Positions 27,723-37,969 of a stretch of 64,000 bases of DNA are shown here, piece after piece; position 1 is the first letter of the stretch, and the number at the start of each line of letters is the position of its first letter. The stretch is from an uncultured Opitutaceae bacterium (GTDB lineage: Bacteria; Verrucomicrobiota; Verrucomicrobiia; Opitutales; Opitutaceae). The notes beneath the pieces are model-generated. The model did no database searches, was not told the origin of the DNA, and saw only the letters and a program-made list of their open reading frames with translations. The stretch spans positions 7,573 to 71,572 of the forward strand of contig CAYYVB010000001.1 in NCBI GenBank assembly GCA_964475035.1, in the 5' to 3' direction. The position numbers and the translations under genes were made by a program.

Positions 27723-30272
27723 ATGAACAAGAAATTACTCGCTTTGGTATCGGTTATTGCCCTCTTGGCCGCGGTTCCGATGTCGGCGGTGTCCGTGTGG
27801 TTCTCTTCCGCACCCAACAGTGCCGATCACGGAGCCGGCTACTATGTTGAAGCCCGCACCTATATCACGAGCTGGTGGGAGGGCGGGGACCTCTGGCTCT
27901 ACAAGAACAGCAACTATGTGTCAGGCAATGGTGGCGCTGGCACTATTTCGGCGGGGACCTGGCAGACAGACAACGGCCCCCAATCAATTGAATACTTCGC
28001 CGAGGCATGGGACTGGGGCATCGGGGAGAATGCCATGGGCTGGCACTATGTTTACATCAATCCGCCTGCGAATCAGCCCCCCATGGGTATTTGCGATTAT
28101 TCGCAGTCCAGCGTTCCGCTCGGGGCTAATCTGCAAGGCAACGGTTGGGCGGCGGACAATGAGATGGGCGCGCCGATCACCCGCGTCGATATTCTGGTCG
28201 ATGGCGTTGATGTCGGGGATGCATCCCTTGGCGGGTATCGGCCAGATGTCGCGAGCTTCTATGGCAGGTCCGAGTTCACGAATTCTGGTTGGTCGTTCAG
28301 TTGGAGCACGGGCGGGCTCCCTGCGGGCACGCATTCCCTTGAGTTTCGAGCCTGGGATAACCAAGGCGCATCCAGCACTTTCGGATATCGCACATTCACC
28401 GTCACGAACTATAGCCCGAGCATCACGTTGCTGTCGCCCTCCGCTCAGACCGTGAATCTTGGCACCACCCTTAGCCTGAGCAGCCGTGCAACGGACCCGG
28501 ATGGGAACATCACGCATCATCACCTCGACATTCAAAGACCAGATGGTGCGTGGAATTGGCAGGGTGCCTTTGCCAACGGCGAGCCTTACAATGGTGGACC
28601 AGTGGGCAGTGCTGCAGACTCAACCCGCACTGCGAATTTCACATTCAACCAACTCGGCACATGGTATGTTCGTTCTTGGGTCAACGATGCGAATGGCAAC
28701 AGTCTCCACTCCGCTACAGTGGCAATTGTAGTCACTGACCAGAGCGCCCCGAGCACTCCAACAGACTTGAGTAGTTCGAGTGTGACGCCGATATCCTTCA
28801 CCCTGAGTTGGAGCGCAAGCAGCGACAATGTAGGAGTAACTGCATACCAAGTATTCCGCGACACCACTAATCTTGGGGAAACGGCATCGCTCTCCATGAG
28901 TGTTACTGGACTGACAGGTGCCACGACCTATGGAATGAAGGTGCGTGCGCGTGATGCTGCAAGCAATTGGTCGGGGTGGAGCGGTGTGTTAAATGTCACT
29001 ACTGCGACACCCGCACCGACGATCACTTCCAACGCCACTTGGAGCATTCCCCAAGGGGCGGTCGTTAATCCCTATCAGATCACTGCGACCGGTTCGCCTA
29101 CATCTTACGGGTTGACAGGCACATTGCCTACTGGACTGAGCTTTTCGACTTCCACGGGCCGTATCAGCGGCACCGCGTCACAGAGCGGCACGTTTAGCGT
29201 CACAATTAGCGCTACAGGGGCCAGTGGGACAGGATCGGTCGGATTGGCCATTACTGTGGTTGCTGGCGGCCTCACGACCAACGCCACCCTTGGCACGACA
29301 GGGACGGGCACGGTCAATTCGGGCAGGCTTCATGTCAAACCGACGGATATAGTGACACTTCAACCCGGCGGCACTGCGACACTTGGAGTATCTTGGACAG
29401 AAAACAAAGTCTTGCGGCCGAACAGCACAGCCAAAACCCACGCGAATCAAATCTATCCTAACCACTTCTCCCCACTGAGTTACACTCCCGATAATGGCAG
29501 TGGCCAATATTCCTATCAGATGCGGCTGGTCGACAATGGGCAGAACATCGTCGACCAACATGTGGAATTTGTAGTCGACGGCACTGCGCCTTCCATCCCG
29601 ACCGGACTGACTGCCGGCAGCGTCGGCCACACTGACATCACACTAACTTGGAGTGCTGCGATCGACGACAACGCCGTGACCGGCTACGAAATCTTTCGAG
29701 GCGGCACCTCGGTTGGCACCACTGCCAGCACTACCTTTAATGTCTCCGGCCTTACCGCCGGCACATCTTATAGCATGACGGTGCGCTCTCGAGATGCCGC
29801 CGGCAACTGGTCTGCCCAAACAAGCGCGATCAACGTAGCCACTACGTCGGACACAACCGCTCCGACGAAGCCAGCTGGGCTAATGGCTAGTCCGATCGGA
29901 ACTAACTCATTTACGCTCTCCTGGAATGCTTCGACCGACAATGTCGGTGTCACCGCCTACGAGGTCTTCAAGGGCGGCCAGTCCATCGGCTCTCCCAGCC
30001 CATCTGCCAATGCCGCCACGATGGTGGTTACAGGCGTTGCCGCGAATACCACGTATAGCATGACAGTGCAGGCCATCGACGGCGCTGGCAACCGCTCTGC
30101 GATGAGCGATGCCCTCTCCGTCACGACAGCGTATGATCCCAACGGCGACGACGACGCTGACGGCCTGACTAATCTCACCGAAAATCTGCTAGGCACGAAT
30201 CCCTCGGTGGCGCGGCAAATCGATTCCGACAATTCCACCCAGTTGAACCTTCACCGTCCGAAGAACCCCTGA
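27723..30272 (+). CDS. Secreted fibronectin type III / Ig-like repeat protein
   Basis: Signal peptide; three FN3 repeats (APS.PT.L...LSW.AS.DNVGVT.Y); LPTGLSFSTSTGRISGT Ig-like domain; C-terminal DDDADGLTN..E.LLGTNP. Confidence 0.85.
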   Translation: MNKKLLALVSVIALLAAVPMSAVSVWFSSAPNSADHGAGYYVEARTYITSWWEGGDLWLYKNSNYVSGNGGAGTISAGTWQTDNGPQSIEYFAEAWDWGIGENAMGWHYVYINPPANQPPMGICDYSQSSVPLGANLQGNGWAADNEMGAPITRVDILVDGVDVGDASLGGYRPDVASFYGRSEFTNSGWSFSWSTGGLPAGTHSLEFRAWDNQGASSTFGYRTFTVTNYSPSITLLSPSAQTVNLGTTLSLSSRATDPDGNITHHHLDIQRPDGAWNWQGAFANGEPYNGGPVGSAADSTRTANFTFNQLGTWYVRSWVNDANGNSLHSATVAIVVTDQSAPSTPTDLSSSSVTPISFTLSWSASSDNVGVTAYQVFRDTTNLGETASLSMSVTGLTGATTYGMKVRARDAASNWSGWSGVLNVTTATPAPTITSNATWSIPQGAVVNPYQITATGSPTSYGLTGTLPTGLSFSTSTGRISGTASQSGTFSVTISATGASGTGSVGLAITVVAGGLTTNATLGTTGTGTVNSGRLHVKPTDIVTLQPGGTATLGVSWTENKVLRPNSTAKTHANQIYPNHFSPLSYTPDNGSGQYSYQMRLVDNGQNIVDQHVEFVVDGTAPSIPTGLTAGSVGHTDITLTWSAAIDDNAVTGYEIFRGGTSVGTTASTTFNVSGLTAGTSYSMTVRSRDAAGNWSAQTSAINVATTSDTTAPTKPAGLMASPIGTNSFTLSWNASTDNVGVTAYEVFKGGQSIGSPSPSANAATMVVTGVAANTTYSMTVQAIDGAGNRSAMSDALSVTTAYDPNGDDDADGLTNLTENLLGTNPSVARQIDSDNSTQLNLHRPKNP

Positions 30273-30288
30273 CCGCGCCGCCTTTGTC

Positions 30289-31437
30289 ATGACAACTAAC
30301 TTTATCCGTCGTCACACACTTCTTCTAGTGCTGCTGACTGCTTCTCTGGCCTCGGCGCAAGAAGTATCTGATCCGGCTGCACTCGGTCCTTGGACGACCC
30401 GGCAGGGAAAGCCGGAGTTGCTCGCTCAGGGTATGGTTTTGCCCGCTAACACGGAAGTCTGCCGAACTGTCACCGGAGAGTCCATCCACGTGCGAGTGGT
30501 GTCACGGCCGTATTTCGGAGATAAGTCCGCCGACTGGCCGATGTTGTCGGCGGGACCTGTGGTTGTGACTTTCCTGCGCGACGAGCAGGGCGGTGGTGTG
30601 CTTATGCTTGGCGACGAATTGGTGCCGCGCCGTGTGGTCATCGCCTTGTCAGCCGACGGTCGCAGTCTGCACAAGCTTGACATGACCCTGGGCTTGGATC
30701 GCTTGCGTGGGCAGGCCACATTGGCAGTATCGGGTGCCGCGCCGGTGTCGCTCGACGTAGTCTGGCCCACGGGCCAAATCGAGGTGTCCCTCTCCGCCGG
30801 CGGCTCGCAAACGTGGTTGCTGGAGCAGGTGGAAGTAAGGGTCATGGCCAGTGTTAGCGAGTCGGTTGGGGCGGCTCGGAATGTGTCAGTTTCCGCAGCG
30901 ATGACGGACTCGCCTAGGGTCGAGGCATTCGTAGATCCTCCCGACACCCAAGCCAGACTCACGCAAGCTTGGAGCAAGACTTGGCAGCAAAACGCAATCC
31001 GCCGCCAGATGAAAGCGCAGGTTCTGGGCCGACTCTCTTCTGGCGAGGCCGGCACCATGGAGCCACTACTCAAGGGTGGCATCGACCGACCTTTGAATTC
31101 GCCAGCGTGGCACATCGAGGCGGCCTGCCTGCTGAGGGCAGTGGCACAGGAACTTTCCGGCCAGGGCAAATTTGTCGCGGCCCAAGCCGCAGCGGAGCAG
31201 GCGCTATTGGAGGTCGCCAGGGCGATAGAGATGCCCAAGATCAGTCCTAGCCTCGAAGCGCTGGCTTGGCGCCTAACCGGGGAAATACAGCTTGAGTTTT
31301 TGGGAGATCTGCCGAGTGCGCAGGCAAGCTACGCCCAGGCGCTACAGAAAATTCCAACCGACTCTAAAGCGCGAAGCGCCTTCACTAGAATCGAATCCAT
31401 TCAAAAAACGATTGGCGCTAATGGAGGTGGCGAATGA
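30289..31437 (+). CDS. Exported hypothetical protein with TPR-like C-terminus
   Basis: Signal peptide; GDLPSAQASYAQALQKIP. Confidence 0.6.
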   Translation: MTTNFIRRHTLLLVLLTASLASAQEVSDPAALGPWTTRQGKPELLAQGMVLPANTEVCRTVTGESIHVRVVSRPYFGDKSADWPMLSAGPVVVTFLRDEQGGGVLMLGDELVPRRVVIALSADGRSLHKLDMTLGLDRLRGQATLAVSGAAPVSLDVVWPTGQIEVSLSAGGSQTWLLEQVEVRVMASVSESVGAARNVSVSAAMTDSPRVEAFVDPPDTQARLTQAWSKTWQQNAIRRQMKAQVLGRLSSGEAGTMEPLLKGGIDRPLNSPAWHIEAACLLRAVAQELSGQGKFVAAQAAAEQALLEVARAIEMPKISPSLEALAWRLTGEIQLEFLGDLPSAQASYAQALQKIPTDSKARSAFTRIESIQKTIGANGGGE

Positions 31438-34400
31438 GCACTTACTCTCGATTACTACGTCAGATTATTTCGCTGAGTTGCCTGCTCGTCTTGATGGTAG
31501 GTGCTGTTTCCGCGGCGGTTCCGCGTGCTGTGCCCGTCCGCTTTTGGGGCGGAGGCGGCGCAGCCTTCAATTGGGAGAACAACCCGGGCGGGCTGACGAT
31601 CGATATCGCCGGGCTGGAATCTACGCCGGGTGCGGGTGACGGTTATCGATCCCTGAACGGCATGAATTTTGCCACGGGCTTCATTTGCACGGATAGTAAC
31701 GGAAAAGCGCACGCCACGGTATCCCTCGAGCCGGGCAAGACCTACTACGTCGGAATGACGGGCGGATGGCTGGAGGCAGCAAACATTGGCTTCGCTCCGC
31801 CTCCGGGCTACCGTATCGAGATCAATGGTGAAATTCGCCAGCGCTACGAAGAGATTGTCGCTGAGCCTAGCGAGGTTTATTCGGAAGTCGTGACGTTGCG
31901 GGTGCTTGGGCCGGCGACGGATTTTTCCGGCCCGGCTGGCCAAGCATCGGCTCTAGCCAACGAACGTCTTTTTTGGCAGGTAGCACTGGGTTCGCTGCGC
32001 AATGGAGCCTCCGCGGGTGCCCTGACGCTGGTCGATGCCGGCAACTCGGGCTCGTGGTCTACGGTATTCACGCCAGCGAGCCTGCATTACCAGCCTCCCT
32101 CCGATGAAGTGATCGTTTACCGAAGCGCAGGCCGGATTCGCCAGATTCTCGCTCCCGCTGCCGCGGTCGACGTGGTCACTTCCACCGAAGACTCCAGCCT
32201 TGGTGCCAACCAGTTTGAAATCAGATTCTATCCGCCCGATCAGGCCACAGGCAGCAGTCTCCCCCGGACGATGGGCGGCGCAGCTTTCGTGACTTATCGG
32301 GTAGAGCAGGGCGCAACCAACACTACCCTCATGATCACGAGCACGACGCGCCAGCTGGAAGAGTCCGGCCAGCCGGTTAAGCGGACGGCGCTCACCAGCG
32401 TGAGCCGGAGCGGCTCTTGGCCTTCGTTCACATGGACGCTCAAGGGGTGGAACACTTCAGGACAAACTCAGCAAACGGAAGTTGTGACCGTTTCCAGCGG
32501 GACGGCCTCTGCTCGAGAAGTCGATTCCACGGCCAGCGCCGCCAACGGTTCGACCGCTCTCTTCATGGAGCAGTCCCACGCGCTCAAGAGCTGGGGCGAG
32601 GCTGTGACAGGACAATCTCGTGGTGCCAGCAATCCGCTCGCGAGTGCATATCAGTATTACGAAAATTCCGCCGAGGCGGGTCGCTACGGTTTCGTCAAGC
32701 AGGTGACAAACAACGACGGAAGCTGGGAGGCATTCGACTACTGGACCTCCACCAATCCGGGCAACGACACCGGGCTGCTCAAATACCGCTTCCGGCCCTT
32801 CAATTCCTCCCCTGCCTCCGTCAGCTTCGACCCTGCACTGGGCGAAGTGACTTATTTTGAATACGGCCTGGATCCGTTTGGCATGAAGACCCGCCCCACG
32901 CTGGTTCGCACTACCGTCAACAACATCCTCACGGGCGAAACCGTCATCCAATACCAAAACGAATCCTCTCCAGTGAATGGCATGACCGTGGTGCGTGCCA
33001 CGCGCACGGACCAGAGCGACTCTGGCGGCCAGAAGCTCACGCAGGTCACCCGCTTTTACGCGGAGAACGCCACGCCCTCCGCCGACCCCGGCACGAAATT
33101 TTTCCGAAATCTGGTCCATTCGGTCACCCAGCCCAACGGCGTGCGGAAGTCGTTTTTCTACCAGCGCGGCATGTGGGATGGCAGCGCATTCGCCAAGAAC
33201 GGCAGCGACGGCAGTGCCAACTGGAACGGGGTGCCGCCGTCCGGCTCGCAGAAGGCGACCCGCACCGGCGTGATTGTCGGCCTGCAAACTGGCTCATCCC
33301 TCCTCAGTTATTACGACGGCTACCGCTTGGACGACGTGCACCTCGTAGCCAATAAATCCACTTTGGAACTCACTATTCGCGACAGCCGGGCAAATATTGT
33401 CCGCACTGAGAGCCATGTGTGGACCGGTTCAGCTTGGGCTCTGGTTGCGTCAATCGATTACGAACACACGTTGAGTGGCCGCGTGAGGAAGAGCACCCAG
33501 CTCAACGATGCGGTGAATACGGCCGAGTATTCAGGTGAACAGAAGGTGGCCGAAACCGACGAGACTGGCCTCCGGATATCCTATACCTACGACGATGCAG
33601 GCCGCGTGCGGACCGCCACCAAGGAAAACGGGCCCACCACCACCTATGGCTACAACGTAGCCGGACAGATCCTCACTGAGACGCTTTCCGGCGCCGGAAC
33701 CTACGAGACGATCGTCCGCTCGCGTCACTACGACAGTGCGGGTAGGCTGGCAGACGAAACGGCGCCCGGCCTCGGGCAGATCATGCACAGCTACAACGTG
33801 GCCGGCCGCTCGCACACTGTTACCACGCCAGACACTGCCACCCGCACCGAGACCTTCCAGATCGACGGTCGGTTGGCGAGCATCACCGGTTCTGGCGTCG
33901 TAGAGGAACATTACACCCACGAGGTCCTCAGTGGAGGCGTGCGCTACGCGCGTGTGAACATCGGCGCGCTCACGTCGCCGCGCTGGCGTCAGGCATGGAG
34001 CGACTGGCTGGGGCGTCGGACCAAGGCCTCGCGGCCCGGCTGGCCCGGCGAGCCCGCCATCGAGGAGGAGCACACCTACGAGGCCGGCACCGGCTATCTC
34101 GTCAAGACCACGCGCACCGGCTACGCGCCGACCCGCTACGAATACGACGAACTGGGCGCAGTCCGGCGCTCCGGCCTCGATGTGGGCAACAACGGTGCCC
34201 TCGACCTCGCCTCGCTGGATCGGATCGTGGACACCGACACCGCGTTCGAAGCACACGAAGACGCCTGGTGGCTGACGACCACCACCACGCAGTATCCCTT
34301 CGCCGATTCCGACACACCGAAAATTTCGTCGGTCAACCGCATCCGGCTCACCGGCTTTGACAGCGGCGTTGTCGCGGAAGAGCGGCGGATGGACGCAGAG

Positions 34401-37400
34401 TTAAACACGGCGAAGGTCAAGACCACCATCAACCGCTCCAGCAAGACGATGGTTGTCTCTACCACCGTTCCCGGCTTAGCGACTCCCGCGGTCGCAACGG
34501 TGGTCAATGGCCTCCTTACGAGCAGTGTCGATCACGCCGGGCTGACGACCACTTGGCAACACGACCCCCTTGACCGATCATGGAAGGTCACTAACGCCCG
34601 CGAAAAAATCACCACGACTGCCTACAAGACAGGCACGAACCTGCCAGAATCTATCACGGACGCAACCTCCACCGTGCTCGCACTGACCTCATATGATGTC
34701 ATGGGCCGGCCACAGTGGACGAGGGATGCCGCCAGCAAATACACGCGGTTCGCCTACACCGACCGCGGCCTGCTCTGGCGGCAGTGGGGCGACGGCGCCT
34801 ACCCGGTCGAGTATGGTTACGACTCCATCTACGGCGATCACAAGACGATCAACACCTTCCGGAATGCCCCCGGCGTTGATTCTAGCACTTGGCCGAGCGT
34901 CGGCGCGGCCGACACCACCACTTTCGACTATGACCCGGGCACGGGCCTACTTCATAAACGCATCGACGCTGTGGGCAATTTTGTCGAGTTCGCCTACAAT
35001 CATCGGGGGCAGATTAAAGAGCGCTATTCGGCTCGACTGCGTGCCGACGGCACACAGCGCATCTTGGCCACCTATGCCTACGATGGCGGCACCGGCGAAC
35101 TCACCGGTGTCAGCTACAATGACACGACACCATCGGTCGCTTATGGTTACAGCCGTATAGGGCAGCTCGACAAAGTTCAGGATTACACCACCGCAACCAA
35201 CGAATGGCGCACATTCACCTACGACAGCGCAAGGCCGTGGCGGCTGAAGTCGGATGCGCTGCCCGCATTTTACAACAGTCGGGTGGTCACGTCGCTCTAC
35301 GAAAACGAAACTAGCGGACTGGTCGGCCGCTACCTAGGTTTCCAGTTGGGTGCGTCCGTAGGGTCGAACTCCGACCTCGAACAAGCATACAGCTATGCCC
35401 CCAGCGGTCGGCTGGAGACGCTGGCATCCCGCAGTGCAGGCAACAGTATTTCGAGGACGTTTCGCTACGGGTATCTCGCCAATAGCCCCTTGGTGGAAAC
35501 ACTCACGATAGAAGGTTCTCATCCGTTCACCGTGACCCGCGGCTACCATCCCGACCTGGATCTGCTCGCGAGCATCGAGACGAAGTGGAGTGCTTCAGCA
35601 GTGGTTCGCTATGACTATACTTACAACGGCCGTTACCAGCGGGAATCGGCCAAGCAGTCGGGCAGTGCCTTTGCCGACTACGGGGCTCCCACCTTCACCA
35701 GATACAATTACAACGCGCGGGGTGAGTTGACCGGAGCGCCGGGTTATCTCGGTGCCGACGTGGCTAATACCTCGCAACCGCTGCCGGGTCGACAGCACGG
35801 TTATGATTACGATTCGACAGGAAATCGAAAATGGGCGGAGCGAACTGGTGTAGTCGCCCAGCGCGAGGGCTATTCAGCGAACGCCCTCAATCAATACACG
35901 AACAAGGAAAACCATACGGTTCCCGTGCAGGGCACGGTGGACTCGGCCGGCACGCCTGTGGTGGCTGAAGGAATGGTCCCTCAGCGGCAGGGGCGCTACT
36001 GGGCGGCGGAGGTGGCACCCGGTAATGGCAGCGCGCCGTGGACCGGGACGGTCACCGCCCACGCCGCCAAGCCCGGAGGCGGCACCGGCGGGTTGGACTT
36101 GGTTCGCTCGGAAAGCCGTAGCGCTCAGCTGGCGCAGGCCTTGCAGTCGTTTACCTACGATGAAGACGGCAACCTCACCAGCGACGGTATCTGGGATTAC
36201 CAGTGGGACGCCGAGAACCGTCTCGTGCGCGCGGCGACGACAAGTGTCGCGTTGGTCGCCGGCTACCCGAATAAGGTGATGGAATTTCGTTACGATTACC
36301 TTGGTCGCCGCGTGATGAAACGCGCTGCCAACGTTTCCGGTAGCGAACGACGCTACCTTTATCACGGCTGGAACGTAGTTGCCGAGTTCGATGTCAGCGG
36401 CGCGCTCTTGCGCTCCTTCACTTGGGGCCTTGATCTTGCGGGCAGTCTGGACGCGTCCGGTGGGTTGGGCGCGCTGCTCCAGATCCGTGATGTGGCACAA
36501 GGCAAGACGATACTGCCGGCCTACGACGGCCACGGTAACGTCGCAGCGCTGCTCGACGCCGAGTCCGGAGCGGTGAGTGCCGCCTACGAATATGACCCAA
36601 GCGGAAAACTACTCCGCAGCGAGGGCACCTATGCGGCCAGCAACCCTTTCCGCTTCTCCACCAAGTGGCACGACGACGAGACGGGCTTGGTTTACTACGG
36701 ATACCGATACTACTCACCGAACCTAGGTCGTTTTATCAACCGCGACCCGATCAAGGAGGTTGGAGGTTTGAATATTTATGGCTTCGCCGGCAACGACGGG
36801 GTGAACCGATTTGATTTCCTCGGACTGGATGATGAGGAAATTCTAACGCTGGATCCCTTTGGGGTCGGTGGCTTGCCTCTTGGAGGCGCCTTGGGTGGTG
36901 GTGGGCCCGGGGGGGGGATAACTCGCAGCTCCTCCGGCCCTGTCTTCGGCTACTCCACGCTGACCTCGTCGGTTAACCTAGAGTCCGCTCCGGATTCATC
37001 AGCTAACACACTCGTGTTAGAGAGATTTACGGTAAAGGCGCAAAGCCTCGGGGCATATTTTAGTGTCAAGGGAAGGGGTTTGTATAAAAATCTTGGTCTA
37101 ATTGGGCCGAATCATTATTCGGCACAGTTAGTATATGGGAGTTCTACTTTAGGCGGAACATCCCATGTAGATGTAGACGTTCAAAAAGTAAATATAGAGC
37201 CCCCTGCAGTGTCGCATGAAGACCTTGGCTCACTTACAGATGCCATTGCCGGAGCTGCTACCTCCATCACCAATGATGCGAGTTCGTTGGCTACCTTTGT
37301 GCTGACTGCTATCAGCTATGGTGCAGGTGGCAGCCAAGCTGGAATGTCTGTTAGGGAAGCACTTGCGCCTTTTGAAAATATTGGTGATCGGTATCTGACG

Positions 37401-37967
37401 CCGCTGTTTAGCGAGATTGGAATCGATACAGGCTCATATTCCTATACGACATTTGGTCCCGGATTCGCGAACACCGTATTACTAGCAACCGGCATTACGA
37501 AAATGGCGGTAGAACAAGCCGCAACTAGGATTACTGTAGCCGCAGAGAACGCATTCACCACGCGGCAAGCGGCGATGCTTCAAAAGAACGTCGGATATAA
37601 TATCTCGCCGGAAGCTTGGTTCTCAAAATATCCGGCTCTTGGCCGGGGAGGTTCGTTCGTTACTGACTATCGCGCCGTTGGAGAAATCCTTGGGCCTGTC
37701 CGTGCCAATAGGTCCTTCTCTGTTGGGCTATTTTCCGGCGAAGGACAGATCAGTTACTTGAAGGCGTGGCGCTTGGAGCGCGCACTTGGAATTGATCGAG
37801 GTTCATTGTCTGGCGGGTTCCGCTTCACGCGAGTCCCAGGAATAAACGCGATGGCCCCGCGCTCTCCCTTGGCAGGAAATAAATACTTCCTTGGGCCGGG
37901 TCAGGGCTTGCCGGGTGGCGGACCGGAAATGGTGATCGATTCCATCCCAACCTCGCCGTGGCCGTAA
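31434..37967 (+). CDS. RHS/YD-repeat polymorphic toxin with Sec signal peptide
   Basis: YD repeats; RHS core PFRFSTK..D.ETGLVYYGYRYY.P.LGRFINRDP...DFLGL; lower-GC C-terminal extension from 36828. Confidence 0.93.
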   Translation: MSTYSRLLRQIISLSCLLVLMVGAVSAAVPRAVPVRFWGGGGAAFNWENNPGGLTIDIAGLESTPGAGDGYRSLNGMNFATGFICTDSNGKAHATVSLEPGKTYYVGMTGGWLEAANIGFAPPPGYRIEINGEIRQRYEEIVAEPSEVYSEVVTLRVLGPATDFSGPAGQASALANERLFWQVALGSLRNGASAGALTLVDAGNSGSWSTVFTPASLHYQPPSDEVIVYRSAGRIRQILAPAAAVDVVTSTEDSSLGANQFEIRFYPPDQATGSSLPRTMGGAAFVTYRVEQGATNTTLMITSTTRQLEESGQPVKRTALTSVSRSGSWPSFTWTLKGWNTSGQTQQTEVVTVSSGTASAREVDSTASAANGSTALFMEQSHALKSWGEAVTGQSRGASNPLASAYQYYENSAEAGRYGFVKQVTNNDGSWEAFDYWTSTNPGNDTGLLKYRFRPFNSSPASVSFDPALGEVTYFEYGLDPFGMKTRPTLVRTTVNNILTGETVIQYQNESSPVNGMTVVRATRTDQSDSGGQKLTQVTRFYAENATPSADPGTKFFRNLVHSVTQPNGVRKSFFYQRGMWDGSAFAKNGSDGSANWNGVPPSGSQKATRTGVIVGLQTGSSLLSYYDGYRLDDVHLVANKSTLELTIRDSRANIVRTESHVWTGSAWALVASIDYEHTLSGRVRKSTQLNDAVNTAEYSGEQKVAETDETGLRISYTYDDAGRVRTATKENGPTTTYGYNVAGQILTETLSGAGTYETIVRSRHYDSAGRLADETAPGLGQIMHSYNVAGRSHTVTTPDTATRTETFQIDGRLASITGSGVVEEHYTHEVLSGGVRYARVNIGALTSPRWRQAWSDWLGRRTKASRPGWPGEPAIEEEHTYEAGTGYLVKTTRTGYAPTRYEYDELGAVRRSGLDVGNNGALDLASLDRIVDTDTAFEAHEDAWWLTTTTTQYPFADSDTPKISSVNRIRLTGFDSGVVAEERRMDAELNTAKVKTTINRSSKTMVVSTTVPGLATPAVATVVNGLLTSSVDHAGLTTTWQHDPLDRSWKVTNAREKITTTAYKTGTNLPESITDATSTVLALTSYDVMGRPQWTRDAASKYTRFAYTDRGLLWRQWGDGAYPVEYGYDSIYGDHKTINTFRNAPGVDSSTWPSVGAADTTTFDYDPGTGLLHKRIDAVGNFVEFAYNHRGQIKERYSARLRADGTQRILATYAYDGGTGELTGVSYNDTTPSVAYGYSRIGQLDKVQDYTTATNEWRTFTYDSARPWRLKSDALPAFYNSRVVTSLYENETSGLVGRYLGFQLGASVGSNSDLEQAYSYAPSGRLETLASRSAGNSISRTFRYGYLANSPLVETLTIEGSHPFTVTRGYHPDLDLLASIETKWSASAVVRYDYTYNGRYQRESAKQSGSAFADYGAPTFTRYNYNARGELTGAPGYLGADVANTSQPLPGRQHGYDYDSTGNRKWAERTGVVAQREGYSANALNQYTNKENHTVPVQGTVDSAGTPVVAEGMVPQRQGRYWAAEVAPGNGSAPWTGTVTAHAAKPGGGTGGLDLVRSESRSAQLAQALQSFTYDEDGNLTSDGIWDYQWDAENRLVRAATTSVALVAGYPNKVMEFRYDYLGRRVMKRAANVSGSERRYLYHGWNVVAEFDVSGALLRSFTWGLDLAGSLDASGGLGALLQIRDVAQGKTILPAYDGHGNVAALLDAESGAVSAAYEYDPSGKLLRSEGTYAASNPFRFSTKWHDDETGLVYYGYRYYSPNLGRFINRDPIKEVGGLNIYGFAGNDGVNRFDFLGLDDEEILTLDPFGVGGLPLGGALGGGGPGGGITRSSSGPVFGYSTLTSSVNLESAPDSSANTLVLERFTVKAQSLGAYFSVKGRGLYKNLGLIGPNHYSAQLVYGSSTLGGTSHVDVDVQKVNIEPPAVSHEDLGSLTDAIAGAATSITNDASSLATFVLTAISYGAGGSQAGMSVREALAPFENIGDRYLTPLFSEIGIDTGSYSYTTFGPGFANTVLLATGITKMAVEQAATRITVAAENAFTTRQAAMLQKNVGYNISPEAWFSKYPALGRGGSFVTDYRAVGEILGPVRANRSFSVGLFSGEGQISYLKAWRLERALGIDRGSLSGGFRFTRVPGINAMAPRSPLAGNKYFLGPGQGLPGGGPEMVIDSIPTSPWP

Positions 37968-37969
37968 TC

